Positions 44,587 through 54,745 of a stretch of DNA of 64,000 bases are shown in pieces. Positions within the stretch are counted from its first letter, which is position 1; every line of letters begins with the position of its first letter. The notes under the pieces are model-generated. The model was given only the letters and a program-made list of their open reading frames with translations. It ran no database searches and had not been told where the DNA came from. The DNA comes from an uncultured Rhizobium sp. Its GTDB lineage: Bacteria; Pseudomonadota; Alphaproteobacteria; Rickettsiales; UBA1997. The translations under genes and the position numbers were made by a program. The stretch is taken from assembly GCA_964537735.1 (NCBI GenBank), contig CAZICL010000006.1, positions 989-64,988 on the forward strand. The letters run 5' to 3'.

Positions 44587-45378
44587 ATGGCAAAAAAATG
44601 GCGAGTTCTGGGCTATCAGACCAACTATGAGTGGTATGATCTCAGAACAAAGTTCAAACAACTTTTACGCAAAATCACTTACTCCTGGCTGGTTCAGGAG
44701 CTGATTTGTTTAGCTTTTATGAGCTATATGAGGCTGGTTTATTTTAGCTGCAGAAAAGTTTTTATTAATCCCGAAATATTGATTGACTCCGCTAAAAACA
44801 AGACTCCGTTAATCTGTGTTTGTTGGCATAATCGTTTGATGATGATGCATTTTGTTACTAACAAACCAAAAAAAATTTACCACGATTATACCTTTATGAT
44901 CCTGGCTTCACGTCATGGTGACGGCAAATTTGTCGGCCGCATTATGGAGAAATTCGGACTAATATCAATTTATGGTTCATCGAAAGATGGCCGCAAATCT
45001 TCACGCGGAATTGATATTGGCAGTTTTAAGAAAATCTTTACTGGCCTGAAGAAAGGCTATTCACTTGGCATAACTCCCGATGGCCCACGCGGACCAAACC
45101 AAAAAATTAATGGTGAGATTGTAAACATTGCCCGCCTTTCCGGTGCCGGAATTTTAGTAACTTCCAATGCCTGCTCACGCTTTAAACAACTCAACACGTG
45201 GGACAAGTTTAAAATTCCACTGCCTTTTTCAAAATTATGTTTTTATTTCGACGATGCGCCGTTTTATGTGGCCCGCGATCTAAAATCCGACGAGCTAGAA
45301 AATATCAAAACTGCCGTTGAAGAACGGATGGATTTTATCCAAGATGCTGCCGACAAAATTGTTAAAAAAACCATCTAA
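44587..45378 (+). CDS. DUF374-type lysophospholipid acyltransferase-family protein
   Basis: MAKKWRVLGY..., with a CVCWHNRLMMM block and ITPDGPRGP, typical of DUF374 proteins. The start was moved from 44548 to 44587. Confidence 0.7.
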   Translation: MAKKWRVLGYQTNYEWYDLRTKFKQLLRKITYSWLVQELICLAFMSYMRLVYFSCRKVFINPEILIDSAKNKTPLICVCWHNRLMMMHFVTNKPKKIYHDYTFMILASRHGDGKFVGRIMEKFGLISIYGSSKDGRKSSRGIDIGSFKKIFTGLKKGYSLGITPDGPRGPNQKINGEIVNIARLSGAGILVTSNACSRFKQLNTWDKFKIPLPFSKLCFYFDDAPFYVARDLKSDELENIKTAVEERMDFIQDAADKIVKKTI

Positions 45379-45495
45379 GAGCCCGTCCTGAATTTTGTCG
45401 TGATGAGTTGGATGCATACTTTTCGCGACCATCACAGCGCAAAAAAACTACACCAACAGCCTTCCTAGTAGATCTTTTGCACAAGCTCTAAACAT

Positions 45496-46692
45496 CTATT
45501 CTTCAGTAATCGCCATCCAAATTGAAGCTACTGCCTGAGCAGCAATTCCTTCTTCGCGCCCTAAAAACCCTAATTTCTCGGTTGTTGTAGCTTTAACATT
45601 AATGCGGCTTTTCGGCACAGCCAAAACCCTCGCCAACTCTTCTTTCATTTGGCTTTTGAATTTGGAAATTTTCGGCCTCTCACAAATTATAGTGATGTCA
45701 AGATTCATGATCCTAGCGCCTTTTTTTACCAATAAATGCTTAACAATTTTTAACATTTCGCGCGAATCAATATTTTTCCATCTAGCATCTGAGGGTGAAA
45801 AATGTTCACCAATATCACCTTCACCAATCGCTCCTAAAAGCGCATCCATTGCGGCATGAATCCCTACATCACCGTCAGAATGAGCATCAATCTTCTTGTC
45901 AAATTCAATGTCGATACCACAAACTTTGATTAAATTATTTTCATCTTCTTTGCGTTCACGAAAGGCATGAACATCAAATCCACTGCCACAACGATTTTCT
46001 TCCTTAACATTTTGAATCAACATTGAAGCCATACGAATTGCTCGTTCGTAGTCCTCTTCTGTTGTAATCTTAAAATTATTTTGCGAGCCCGGAACAATCG
46101 CCACCGGAATTCCAGCATATTCGTTGAGCGCTGAATCGTCGGTAAAATGCAAACCTTTAAAAGCAATATGTGAATTTAGAATATCCTCATAAATAAAACC
46201 CTGCGGAGTCTGAGCTCGCCATAAATTTTCGCGCTCCAAAGTCCATTCTATTTTGCCATCCGAATATTTTTTTAAAGTGTCTTCCACCGCTACCGCTGGA
46301 ATTACAGCTGGATGAGTTTCCAACTTTTCTAAAATGCCGTTAATGATACGTTTTGAGACAAAAGGACGCACGCCATCATGAATCAAAACTTTGCTGGGAT
46401 TATGTTCGCGCAGAGCCTCAAGACCAAATCGAATGGAGGCTTGACGGGTATCGCTGCCAAAAACCGGATTAAGCAGATCAAGACCGGCAACCGCCTCTTC
46501 ATAAAGCTCAACATCTTCGGGATGAATTACACACATCACATCGGAAATTTTCGGATGATTTAAAAAAGCCATGATTGAATGACGCAAAAGAGGGACTCCC
46601 GCCACTGGCAAATATTGTTTGGGGATTCCTTCGCTACGCTTCATACGACTGCCCCGACCGCAGGCCGTAATTAATGCTATGGTTTTTGTCAT
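45496..46692 (-). CDS. ispDF: bifunctional IspD/IspF (MEP cytidylyltransferase / MECDP synthase)
   Basis: 398 aa. The N-terminal half resembles IspD (ITACGRGSRM, HDGVRPF). The C-terminal half resembles IspF (GSGFDVHAF, HSDGDVGIHA, TTTEKLGF). Confidence 0.95.
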   Translation of the reverse strand: MTKTIALITACGRGSRMKRSEGIPKQYLPVAGVPLLRHSIMAFLNHPKISDVMCVIHPEDVELYEEAVAGLDLLNPVFGSDTRQASIRFGLEALREHNPSKVLIHDGVRPFVSKRIINGILEKLETHPAVIPAVAVEDTLKKYSDGKIEWTLERENLWRAQTPQGFIYEDILNSHIAFKGLHFTDDSALNEYAGIPVAIVPGSQNNFKITTEEDYERAIRMASMLIQNVKEENRCGSGFDVHAFRERKEDENNLIKVCGIDIEFDKKIDAHSDGDVGIHAAMDALLGAIGEGDIGEHFSPSDARWKNIDSREMLKIVKHLLVKKGARIMNLDITIICERPKISKFKSQMKEELARVLAVPKSRINVKATTTEKLGFLGREEGIAAQAVASIWMAITEE

Positions 46693-46694
46693 AA

Positions 46695-47975
46695 TTAAGC
46701 AGGATTGCGCTTAGTGATTCTTTTTTCCATTTCACCACGGAAATTTTTGATCAAACCTTGAACTGGCCAAGCCGCAGCATCTCCAAGGGCACAGATGGTG
46801 TGACCTTCAATTTGCTTGGTTAAATTATAAAGCTGATCAATTTCTTCAATTTTGGCGTTACCCTCGACCATACGGTCCATAATACGCATCATCCAACCCG
46901 TGCCTTCACGGCATGGCGTACATTGTCCACAAGATTCATGCTTGTAGAAATGTGATAGTCTGGCAATTGAATCAATCACATCCGTAGATTTATCCATCAC
47001 AATAACGCCAGCCGTTCCAAGCCCAGACCCCACAGCGCGCAGCGAGTCAAAATCCATCAAAACCGTATCGCAAACTTCTTTGTTTAGCATTGGAACTGAT
47101 GAACCACCAGGAATGATGGCCATTAAATTATCCCAACCACCTCTTACACCGCCGGCATGTTTCTCGATTAATTCTTTCAGTGAAATGCCCATTTCTTCTT
47201 CAACATTGCACGGTTTGTTAACATGCCCGGAAATACAGAAAATTTTTGTACCGGTATTTCTTTCACGACCCAAACTCGCAAACCAAGAAGGGCCACGGCG
47301 CAAAATCTCAGGAACTACTGCAATCGATTCCACATTATTAATCACTGTTGGACAGCCATAAAGCCCGATTAAGGCCGGAAATGGGGGCTTTAAACGTGGT
47401 TGTCCTTTATTTCCTTCAAGACTTTCCAACAATGCGGTCTCTTCACCGCAAATATATGCACCGGCACCACGATGAATATAAACATCTAAATCCCAACCCG
47501 AATTGCAGGCATTTTTGCCGATTAAATTAGCTTCATAAGCTTCGTCAATCGCACGTTGCAGAGCGGCAGCTTCGTTGTAATATTCGCCGCGAATATAAAC
47601 ATAACACGTATTGGCGTTAATGGCGCGCGCAGCTAATAAACAACCTTCAATTAATTTGTGTGGTTCATTGCGCAAAATATCTCTATCCTTACAAGTTCCT
47701 GGCTCGGATTCATCAGCATTAATTACTAAATAATGCGCTTTTCCTTCTTTAGGGTCAGATTTTTTGGGCACGAAAGACCATTTAGTTCCAGTTGGAAAAC
47801 CAGCGCCACCGCGACCACGCAAGCCTGAATCTTTAACTTGCTGAATTAACCACTCTGTGCCTTGATCTAAAAATTTCTTGGTTTCAGACCAGTCCCCTCT
47901 TTGCTTTGATGCTTCTAAACTAGCGGGTTGATGTCCATACAGATTGGTAAAGATCTTATCTTGTTCTTTAAGCAT
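46695..47975 (-). CDS. nuoF: NADH-quinone oxidoreductase subunit F
   Basis: [14 protein letters not shown]..., [13 protein letters not shown], and [12 protein letters not shown]. The start was moved from 48023 to 47975. No other nuo genes are adjacent. Confidence 0.95.
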   Translation of the reverse strand: MLKEQDKIFTNLYGHQPASLEASKQRGDWSETKKFLDQGTEWLIQQVKDSGLRGRGGAGFPTGTKWSFVPKKSDPKEGKAHYLVINADESEPGTCKDRDILRNEPHKLIEGCLLAARAINANTCYVYIRGEYYNEAAALQRAIDEAYEANLIGKNACNSGWDLDVYIHRGAGAYICGEETALLESLEGNKGQPRLKPPFPALIGLYGCPTVINNVESIAVVPEILRRGPSWFASLGRERNTGTKIFCISGHVNKPCNVEEEMGISLKELIEKHAGGVRGGWDNLMAIIPGGSSVPMLNKEVCDTVLMDFDSLRAVGSGLGTAGVIVMDKSTDVIDSIARLSHFYKHESCGQCTPCREGTGWMMRIMDRMVEGNAKIEEIDQLYNLTKQIEGHTICALGDAAAWPVQGLIKNFRGEMEKRITKRNPA

Positions 47976-48209
47976 TTTTAGTTTTTTTGGATGACAGTTA
48001 AAAATTGGCCTTAGAGCCAACAAATTCGGGCCGAAATAAATAATATTTTTTTACTATAGAAACTATTAGTTCGAAGCAGAGTCGCTGAGGCTAAAAATTA
48101 TTTCGACAAAATCAATTGCCAAAAAAAACTTCGCAAATAACATCCAATATTCCTTCCTTTTTTATAAATTTTTCCCCTACCAATCCTAGAAAATAAAGCT
48201 TCCAGCCCA

Positions 48210-49766
48210 ATGAGCCTTTTAAGAAAAATTTTACTTCCGGCACTATTACTGGCTTTACTTTCCTGTAACCAAAAGAAAGAAGATTCGGACAAAAATTCCA
48301 AAACAAAAAAATCTGAAGCTCAGAAAGAAGCTGATGGCACAGCAATTCCTAGTTTCTCGAAACTGATTATGGCACCACCGCCACCACAAATTGGTGGCGA
48401 TAAAATCATTTCTTTTTCCGTTACCGATCAAGTTCCGCTTAAAGACGTGTTGATTGAACTCGGGCGCGTAGCAAAGATTGATATCGACCTTGACAGCGGC
48501 ATCAACGGCGGTGTTGTAATTAACGCCCACAATCGTCCGCTTAAAGAAGTGATTGATCGCATTGCCACTGCCGGTAAATTGCGCTATTCTTACGAAAATG
48601 GTGTTCTGCATTTTGAACGTGACTTGCCTTACAACAAAAATTATTTCGTTGATTTTCTTGCCACCGGTCAACTTTGGTCTGATGTAGAAAGCAACATTTC
48701 AGCTATACTTTCGGACACTCACGGCAATACTAACGAATCGGCTTTGGATTCTTCCAGCAGTGGTCTTGCCCTCGCTCCTCCATCAAGATTCACTAGCAAT
48801 AAATCTGCCGGCATCATCTCGGTTTACGCCTCAAAGGCCCAACAAGAAAGTGTCTCTAAATATCTTGATGATGTTTACAAAAATTCTTCTGCTCAAGTTC
48901 TGATTGAAGCAAAAGTCGTTGAGGTAACTCTCACAAAACAATTCGACACCGGTATCAACTGGAGTTGGGTTGACGCTGGGAAATCATTTTCTACTACTGG
49001 ATCTTTTGCCTCTACTGGAGGCAGCACTACCCCAGCTTTTACTGCAACCGCTCCTAATGTTAAATTATTCGGCCTTGGTGGCACCTTAAGCGCTAGCATT
49101 AAAGCCTTGGAAGGCTTTGGTAAAGTTCACGCTCTTTCCAGCCCAAGAGTTAACGCCATAAATAATCAGAAAGCGCTATTAGATTTCACACAAAAGAAAA
49201 TTTATTTCACCGTTAGTTCGTCGTCTTCCACTTCTACAGGAACAGCAACTAACACTGTTGCTACTGTCACCGCCACTGAAAATTCAGTTGATGTGGGAAT
49301 TAAGCTGGAAATCACCCCGTCAATTAATAGAGCCACCAATGAAATTACACTGGATGTAAAACCAAAATTATCTCTTGATTCCGGTCAAGTTGCTGTCGAC
49401 CCTTCCGTTAACCCTTTAACCGGCGAATCTTTGGGCAACACAATTCCAATTATCAATTATCGCGAACTAGCAACTATCGCCAAAGTGCAAAGCGGCAATA
49501 TTCTTGTTATTGGTGGATTAATTGCCGAAGTCGGTTCGGAAGGCGGCAGTGGTATCCCAATTTTTATGCGCATCCCTGTCCTTAAATATCTTTTCGGCTA
49601 TTTCAGCAACTACTCTACCAAAGTTGAAACTGTGATCTTTATCAAAGCCACCATCATATCTAGCAGCAATTCTTTGGAAAAGCATGATCACACACTTTAC
49701 AATCGCGACAATCCAGATCGCAAAAAAACCAGGTGGGAAAAATATTTTGACTACAAAAACGATTAG
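48210..49766 (+). CDS. lipoprotein secretin (MshL/PilQ/GspD family)
   Basis: 518 aa with a lipobox (LALLSC), an N-terminal STN-like module (VPLKDVLIELGRVAKIDIDLD) and a secretin core (LSSPRVNAINNQKA, VQSGNILVIGGLI, GIPIFMRIPVLKYLFG). Confidence 0.85.
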   Translation: MSLLRKILLPALLLALLSCNQKKEDSDKNSKTKKSEAQKEADGTAIPSFSKLIMAPPPPQIGGDKIISFSVTDQVPLKDVLIELGRVAKIDIDLDSGINGGVVINAHNRPLKEVIDRIATAGKLRYSYENGVLHFERDLPYNKNYFVDFLATGQLWSDVESNISAILSDTHGNTNESALDSSSSGLALAPPSRFTSNKSAGIISVYASKAQQESVSKYLDDVYKNSSAQVLIEAKVVEVTLTKQFDTGINWSWVDAGKSFSTTGSFASTGGSTTPAFTATAPNVKLFGLGGTLSASIKALEGFGKVHALSSPRVNAINNQKALLDFTQKKIYFTVSSSSSTSTGTATNTVATVTATENSVDVGIKLEITPSINRATNEITLDVKPKLSLDSGQVAVDPSVNPLTGESLGNTIPIINYRELATIAKVQSGNILVIGGLIAEVGSEGGSGIPIFMRIPVLKYLFGYFSNYSTKVETVIFIKATIISSSNSLEKHDHTLYNRDNPDRKKTRWEKYFDYKND

Positions 49767-49771
49767 GTCAG

Positions 49772-50545
49772 ATGAGATCAATTCTAAAATATATTCTCCT
49801 CAGTGGAACTAGAGATCGCCTTTATCTTGGACTTCTTATCTGCCTGGTTATTGCCTTCTCACTTTCAATATTTCTAGGATCAACTGCGCTGGTTGAAGAG
49901 CGCCAAATGACTACCGCTTACATTGGCGGTTTAAGCCGCGCTGTTTTAGTTGTCGGAGCAATTCTTTTTGTCTGCTTAAACGTCAATCGCGCTTTCGAAA
50001 ATAAAGAAGTTGAATTTATTCTCTCTAAATCAATTTCACGTGAGAAATTTATTTTCGGTTATTTATCCGGATTCGTTATTGCCATTTCACTGATCATAAT
50101 TCCCCTCATAACTGCCATTTTAATTGTCACTCAAGCAGACGGCTTCGGCCTTCTGATCTGGTCACTGAGTTTACTCTCAGAATTAATGATTGTGATTTCC
50201 TTTGCGCTTCTGGCCTCACTAATTTTGCGCAACTCTTTTTCTGCCATCATGGCTACTCTCGGCTTTTACATTATTTCACGCTTAATGGGCATGTTTGTTA
50301 TGGCCATCCACTTACCAGCACAAATCACTTCCAACAATTTTGAACTGTCCGCTCATTCTTTCGCCATAGTTCTGAAGATGCTGTCAGCAATATTTCCACG
50401 CCTTGATTTATTCGGACAAAGTGCTTGGTTAAATTACGGAATCACTGATTTTTCCGATTTGAAAATAATCTTAATTCAATCGCTAATTTACATTCCGCTT
50501 ATGATTTTTATGTCTTTTCACGACTTCAAAAAGAAACAGTTTTAA
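49772..50545 (+). CDS. six-TM membrane protein, ABC-2/NosY-like permease fold (tentative)
   Basis: 257 aa starting 5 nt after the secretin stop. I count about six hydrophobic segments. The N-terminus (ILKYILLSGTRDRLYLGLLI) resembles ABC-2 type permeases. No ATPase gene is adjacent. Confidence 0.6.
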   Translation: MRSILKYILLSGTRDRLYLGLLICLVIAFSLSIFLGSTALVEERQMTTAYIGGLSRAVLVVGAILFVCLNVNRAFENKEVEFILSKSISREKFIFGYLSGFVIAISLIIIPLITAILIVTQADGFGLLIWSLSLLSELMIVISFALLASLILRNSFSAIMATLGFYIISRLMGMFVMAIHLPAQITSNNFELSAHSFAIVLKMLSAIFPRLDLFGQSAWLNYGITDFSDLKIILIQSLIYIPLMIFMSFHDFKKKQF

Positions 50546-50555
50546 GCAATCAACG

Positions 50556-51329
50556 ATGTTTTCTTCTTATCAGGATTTTCGTTTCTTTTTTTATCTCTAC
50601 TCCCACAAGATTTTTTTCTGGCTCTTCCTCACTTGTTTTACCTTGCAAATCTGCTTTTGGCGTCATACCGAAAATATCAAACCAAAAATCGATATTGTCC
50701 CCCCAGCACCAAGTAAATATTTGGTAGCCGCTGCTTCTCTTGGTGATAAAGAATTTTTATTTCGTGTTATGGCCGCCAGATTGCAAAATTCCGGCGACGT
50801 TTTTGCCGGTTTTGTGGCACTAAAAGAATATGATTATTCCAGAATTTATGGCTGGCTTACGGCTTTGGATCAACTTAATTCCAAATCAAATTTTGCTCCT
50901 TCTTTAGCTGCTTACATTTATTCTCAAACTCAAAAATCCGCAGATACCAAATATATCGTTGATTATCTTGATGAACATTCTTCAGCCGATATAGACCGCA
51001 ATTGGTGGTGGCTTTTTCAGGCCATTTACATTGCTAAAAATAATTTGGGCGACATCAATCGCGCACTGGAATTATCTTACAAATTAAGCAATAACAACGC
51101 CCAGAATGCACCACTATGGACTAAACAAATGCCAGCTTTTATCCATGAAGAAATGGGTGATGGTTGTATGGCTTTTGCCATAATTCAGAAGATTCTTAAT
51201 GAGGCTGAAAGTGGAGTACGCAAAGTTGATACTGACGAATTAAATTTCATGCGTCATTTTATTCGTGATCGTCTGCACAAGCTTAAAGAAGGAAAATTTA
51301 ATCCCGCACAATGTCGTACCGTTTTATGA
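50556..51329 (+). CDS. hypothetical membrane-anchored helical (TPR-like?) protein
   Basis: 257 aa with one N-terminal TM segment (IFFWLFLTCFTLQICFW) followed by a helical repeat-like body. It starts 10 nt after the previous gene, and its stop overlaps the nadC ATG (ATGA). Confidence 0.6.
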   Translation: MFSSYQDFRFFFYLYSHKIFFWLFLTCFTLQICFWRHTENIKPKIDIVPPAPSKYLVAAASLGDKEFLFRVMAARLQNSGDVFAGFVALKEYDYSRIYGWLTALDQLNSKSNFAPSLAAYIYSQTQKSADTKYIVDYLDEHSSADIDRNWWWLFQAIYIAKNNLGDINRALELSYKLSNNNAQNAPLWTKQMPAFIHEEMGDGCMAFAIIQKILNEAESGVRKVDTDELNFMRHFIRDRLHKLKEGKFNPAQCRTVL

Positions 51330-52192
51330 AATCATTTGATGACGCTTTAAAAGAAATTTGTCGCCTTGCCCTTAAAGAAGACATGGCGCAAAAAGATGTT
51401 ACTTCTGATCTGGTTATAAAAAATAACGAACCAATTTCGTTTACGATTTCAGCTCGAGAAGACATCATATTGTGCGGCGTTAATGCTGTGCACCATTGTT
51501 TTGACGAGTTGACCCGCCTTAAAAAGTTTCACGATATTTTTCTAGGGCTGCAGATAAATGCTCATGACGGAGATTTGGTAAAAAACGGCGCTTCAATAGC
51601 CAGCGGATTTGGTGATCCGCATTTAATTTTCGCTGCTGAGAGAGTAATCCTTAATCTGCTGCAACATTTAAGCGGCATTGCCACTGCAACCAACAATTTT
51701 GTCACCACTCTTAATAACGACAAAATCAAGATTCTGGATACACGCAAAACTTTACCCGGATTGCGCGCTTTACAAAAACACGCCGTTTTAGTTGGCGGTG
51801 GACAAAATCACCGCTACAACTTATCCGACCGCATTTTGATAAAAGATAATCACATCGCCGCCGCCGGAAGCATTACTCAAGCCATAAATTTAGCCAAAAA
51901 AAGCCGTAAAGATTTAATCATTGAAATTGAGTGCGATAATTTTGAACAAGTCACTGAGGCCGTAAAATCAAGTCCTGACATCATTATGCTGGATAATATG
52001 AGCAAGTCTGAAGTTGAGAAATGCAGCAAGATAATCCGCGCCCACAAAGGAAGGAAAATTTTCATCGAGATTTCCGGCGGTATTAATTTAAGCAACATTA
52101 AAAGCTTCTGTGCCCTTGACGTTGATTTCATTTCCATCGGCTCTCTGACTCACTCCGTGAAAGCTGTTGATATTGGTCTCGATCTCCTTTGA
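51326..52192 (+). CDS. nadC: nicotinate-nucleotide pyrophosphorylase (carboxylating)
   Basis: DTRKTLPGLR, HRYNLSD, IKDNH and a C-terminal TIM-barrel pattern. The start was moved from 51311 to 51326. Confidence 0.9.
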   Translation: MKSFDDALKEICRLALKEDMAQKDVTSDLVIKNNEPISFTISAREDIILCGVNAVHHCFDELTRLKKFHDIFLGLQINAHDGDLVKNGASIASGFGDPHLIFAAERVILNLLQHLSGIATATNNFVTTLNNDKIKILDTRKTLPGLRALQKHAVLVGGGQNHRYNLSDRILIKDNHIAAAGSITQAINLAKKSRKDLIIEIECDNFEQVTEAVKSSPDIIMLDNMSKSEVEKCSKIIRAHKGRKIFIEISGGINLSNIKSFCALDVDFISIGSLTHSVKAVDIGLDLL

Positions 52193-52219
52193 AAAATTAG
52201 TGTTTAACTCAATTTTAAC

Positions 52220-53995
52220 ATGAACAAAACTCACAGTGCTTTTTCATTTCTGCTGCATGCTCTCAAACCTTTCAAATTCTATGTAGGGCTTCATCTTTTT
52301 GTTGTGCTGTACAACGCCATCGACCTCTCACTGTGGCCTTATCTTTCAAAAATCCTGATTGATCGTCTAGCCACCACGCCGCACGACCAAATTATTTCCT
52401 CCATCTGGCCTATTGCCTTATTGCTAATCATTTTCACCTTTGTTCCCGGAATGATTTGGCGGCTGAGTGATTTTTCTTGGATGCGGCTTAATCCGGCAAT
52501 AAGAAAAAAAATCACCGTTGAAGCCATGGATTACACCATGCAACATTCTCACGATTTTTTTCAAAATAACTTTTCTGGATCAATTGCTAACAAAATACGT
52601 GACCTTGCCAATTCGACTCCGCCAATTTTAGGTCGGCTTCTTTACAGTTTTTTAAATGTTATTCTAAGCCTGATTATTGCCTTCGTCACGCTGCTATTTG
52701 TTCATAAATTTTTTGCTTTCGCTTTGATTATTTGGGCGGTGATTTTCATCATCATGGCCATTTATGCTGCAAAAAAAGTAGGCCCTCTATCAATCGCCGT
52801 TGCCAAACACAAAACCACTATCATGGGCAATCTGGTTGATGTTCTGGGCAATATTTCTAACGTGCGCTTTTTTACTGCCTCACGATTTGAATCAAATAGA
52901 ATCAAAGCTTTACAAGATGATTACAGCAAAGCCTCCAAGAAAAAAGATCGCTTTTTAATTAAATTTTACATTCTTCACGCTTGCAGTTTTTCCATTTATT
53001 GTGCCATCGGCATCACTGTTCTGATCTCGCTTTACGTTCAAAATCAAGTTACTCTCGGTGATTTTATTCTGCTCTTTACCCTTAATAATTGGATCATTCA
53101 TTTAATGTGGATGTCCGCCAATGAGTTAAATGGATTTTTGGAAGATGTTGGAACGGTAAATCAGGCATTACAAATTCTTAACCAACCCTTACAGATTAAG
53201 GATAAAAGTGATGCCAAGAAACTTGATGCAACTTGCGGCGAAATTATCTTTGAAAATGTTGGATTTAATTATCACAAAAATTTGTCACCGCTTTTTTCTG
53301 ATAAAAATTTAAAAATTTCTGCTGGACAAAAAGTTGGTTTAGTTGGTCATTCTGGAGGTGGAAAAACCAGTTTTGTAAATTTGATTTTACGTTTTTATGA
53401 CATTGATAGCGGACGAATTTTAATTGACGGACAAGATATTGCTGAAGTTACACAAGACTCGCTGCGCAGTTCAATTGGTATGATTCCGCAAGATCCTTCA
53501 CTTTTTCACCGCTCTTTAAGAGAAAATATTTCCTACGGTTTTGATGCTACTGAAGAAGAGATTATTAGTGCTGCAAAAAATGCTCATGCTCACGAATTTA
53601 TAGAAAAATTACCACAAGGTTATGAATCTTTGGTTGGCGAACGTGGGGTTAAATTATCTGGCGGACAACGTCAAAGAATTGCCATTGCCCGCGCTTTTTT
53701 AAAAAATTCTCCGATTTTAATTCTTGATGAAGCGACTAGTCAGCTTGATTCAATCACCGAAAATCTGATTCAAGATGCACTGCAAAAATTAATACAAAAC
53801 AAAACTACCCTTGTCATCGCACATCGTCTATCAACACTAAAATCCATGGATCGTATTTTAGTTTTTGATCAGGGGAAAATTATTGAAGATGGTTCACACC
53901 AAGATTTACTTAGCTTAAATGGTTCTTACAAAAAGCTGTGGGATTCGCAAATTGGTGGATTTTTAATTGAAAATTCTAGTGAAAATAATGACTAA
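52220..53995 (+). CDS. fused permease/ATPase ABC exporter (MsbA-like)
   Basis: 591 aa with a six-TM N-terminal half, Walker A (GHSGGGKTS), the signature LSGGQRQR and Walker B (ILILDEATS). Confidence 0.9.
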   Translation: MNKTHSAFSFLLHALKPFKFYVGLHLFVVLYNAIDLSLWPYLSKILIDRLATTPHDQIISSIWPIALLLIIFTFVPGMIWRLSDFSWMRLNPAIRKKITVEAMDYTMQHSHDFFQNNFSGSIANKIRDLANSTPPILGRLLYSFLNVILSLIIAFVTLLFVHKFFAFALIIWAVIFIIMAIYAAKKVGPLSIAVAKHKTTIMGNLVDVLGNISNVRFFTASRFESNRIKALQDDYSKASKKKDRFLIKFYILHACSFSIYCAIGITVLISLYVQNQVTLGDFILLFTLNNWIIHLMWMSANELNGFLEDVGTVNQALQILNQPLQIKDKSDAKKLDATCGEIIFENVGFNYHKNLSPLFSDKNLKISAGQKVGLVGHSGGGKTSFVNLILRFYDIDSGRILIDGQDIAEVTQDSLRSSIGMIPQDPSLFHRSLRENISYGFDATEEEIISAAKNAHAHEFIEKLPQGYESLVGERGVKLSGGQRQRIAIARAFLKNSPILILDEATSQLDSITENLIQDALQKLIQNKTTLVIAHRLSTLKSMDRILVFDQGKIIEDGSHQDLLSLNGSYKKLWDSQIGGFLIENSSENND

Positions 53996-54728
53996 AATAA
54001 CTCAAAGTTTCATTTTTTCTGCCGGACGTGGAGAGCGTATGATGCCTTTGACTACATCTCTTCCTAAGCCTCTAATAAAAATAAAAGATAAATCTATTAT
54101 TGATTACACTATAGAAAAATTAGACAAAATTTCCGACATCAAAAAAATCATCATTAACGGTTTTTATTTGGCCGAACAAATCGAAACTCATATCAAAAAA
54201 CTCAACAATCCAAAAATTATTTTTTCTCATGAAATTGAGAAAGTTGAAACTGGCGGAGGACTATTATTTGCAAGAAATAAAATCAATTTTGATGAACCAC
54301 TTCTAACCATTAACGGTGATATTTTATGGCAGGAAAAATCAGTTATTTCTGATATTGAACTAATCTGCAAAAACTGGAATCCACAACAACATGACATTCT
54401 TTTAGGTCTTAAAAAAACCGAAGAATATTTGGGTTATGACGGCAATATTAATGGTGGTGGAGATTTCTTTTTTGAAGGTGAAAAGCTCTTTAAAATTCCT
54501 GACACAAAAATGACTCATGTTTTTGTTGGATTACAAATCATCAATCCAAAAATTCTTCTTAATGCTGAAAAAAATGGTGTCGAAAAATGTTTTTCAATGT
54601 CTTATTTTTACAGATCTGCTGTAGGAGAAAATGGAATGTTGCACCGCGTTGGTGGAATTGAATTGAAAGGAAAATATTTTCATATCGGTACGCCTGACGC
54701 TGTAAAAATGACTGAAGAAAATCTATAA
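53988..54728 (+). CDS. sugar-phosphate nucleotidyltransferase (MurU-like)
   Basis: FIFSAGRGERMMPLTTSLPKPLI is the G-x-G-x-R nucleotidyltransferase motif. The ATG overlaps the ABC gene stop (ATGACTAA). Confidence 0.75.
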   Translation: MTKITQSFIFSAGRGERMMPLTTSLPKPLIKIKDKSIIDYTIEKLDKISDIKKIIINGFYLAEQIETHIKKLNNPKIIFSHEIEKVETGGGLLFARNKINFDEPLLTINGDILWQEKSVISDIELICKNWNPQQHDILLGLKKTEEYLGYDGNINGGGDFFFEGEKLFKIPDTKMTHVFVGLQIINPKILLNAEKNGVEKCFSMSYFYRSAVGENGMLHRVGGIELKGKYFHIGTPDAVKMTEENL

Positions 54729-54745
54729 AATAGATAAAATTCTTA

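Noticed and set aside
46695-48023. Longer N-terminal extensions given by the ORF track for nuoF and several other genes: RND 15430, prfA 29256, DUF1013 31910, bcp 32451, irr 38689, DUF374 44548, nadC 51311, murU-like 53967, grpE 58408, DUF2628 59915, hisH 60291, bioB 62206, RidA 63252
   Set aside because: In each case an internal ATG reproduces the conserved family N-terminus and removes an overlap with the upstream gene. The extensions look like read-through of upstream sequence.
48098-48345. Two minus-strand ORFs (67 and 77 aa) in the nuoF-secretin intergenic region
   Set aside because: They overlap the secretin start and the promoter region, have no motifs and carry an AT-rich low-complexity sequence.
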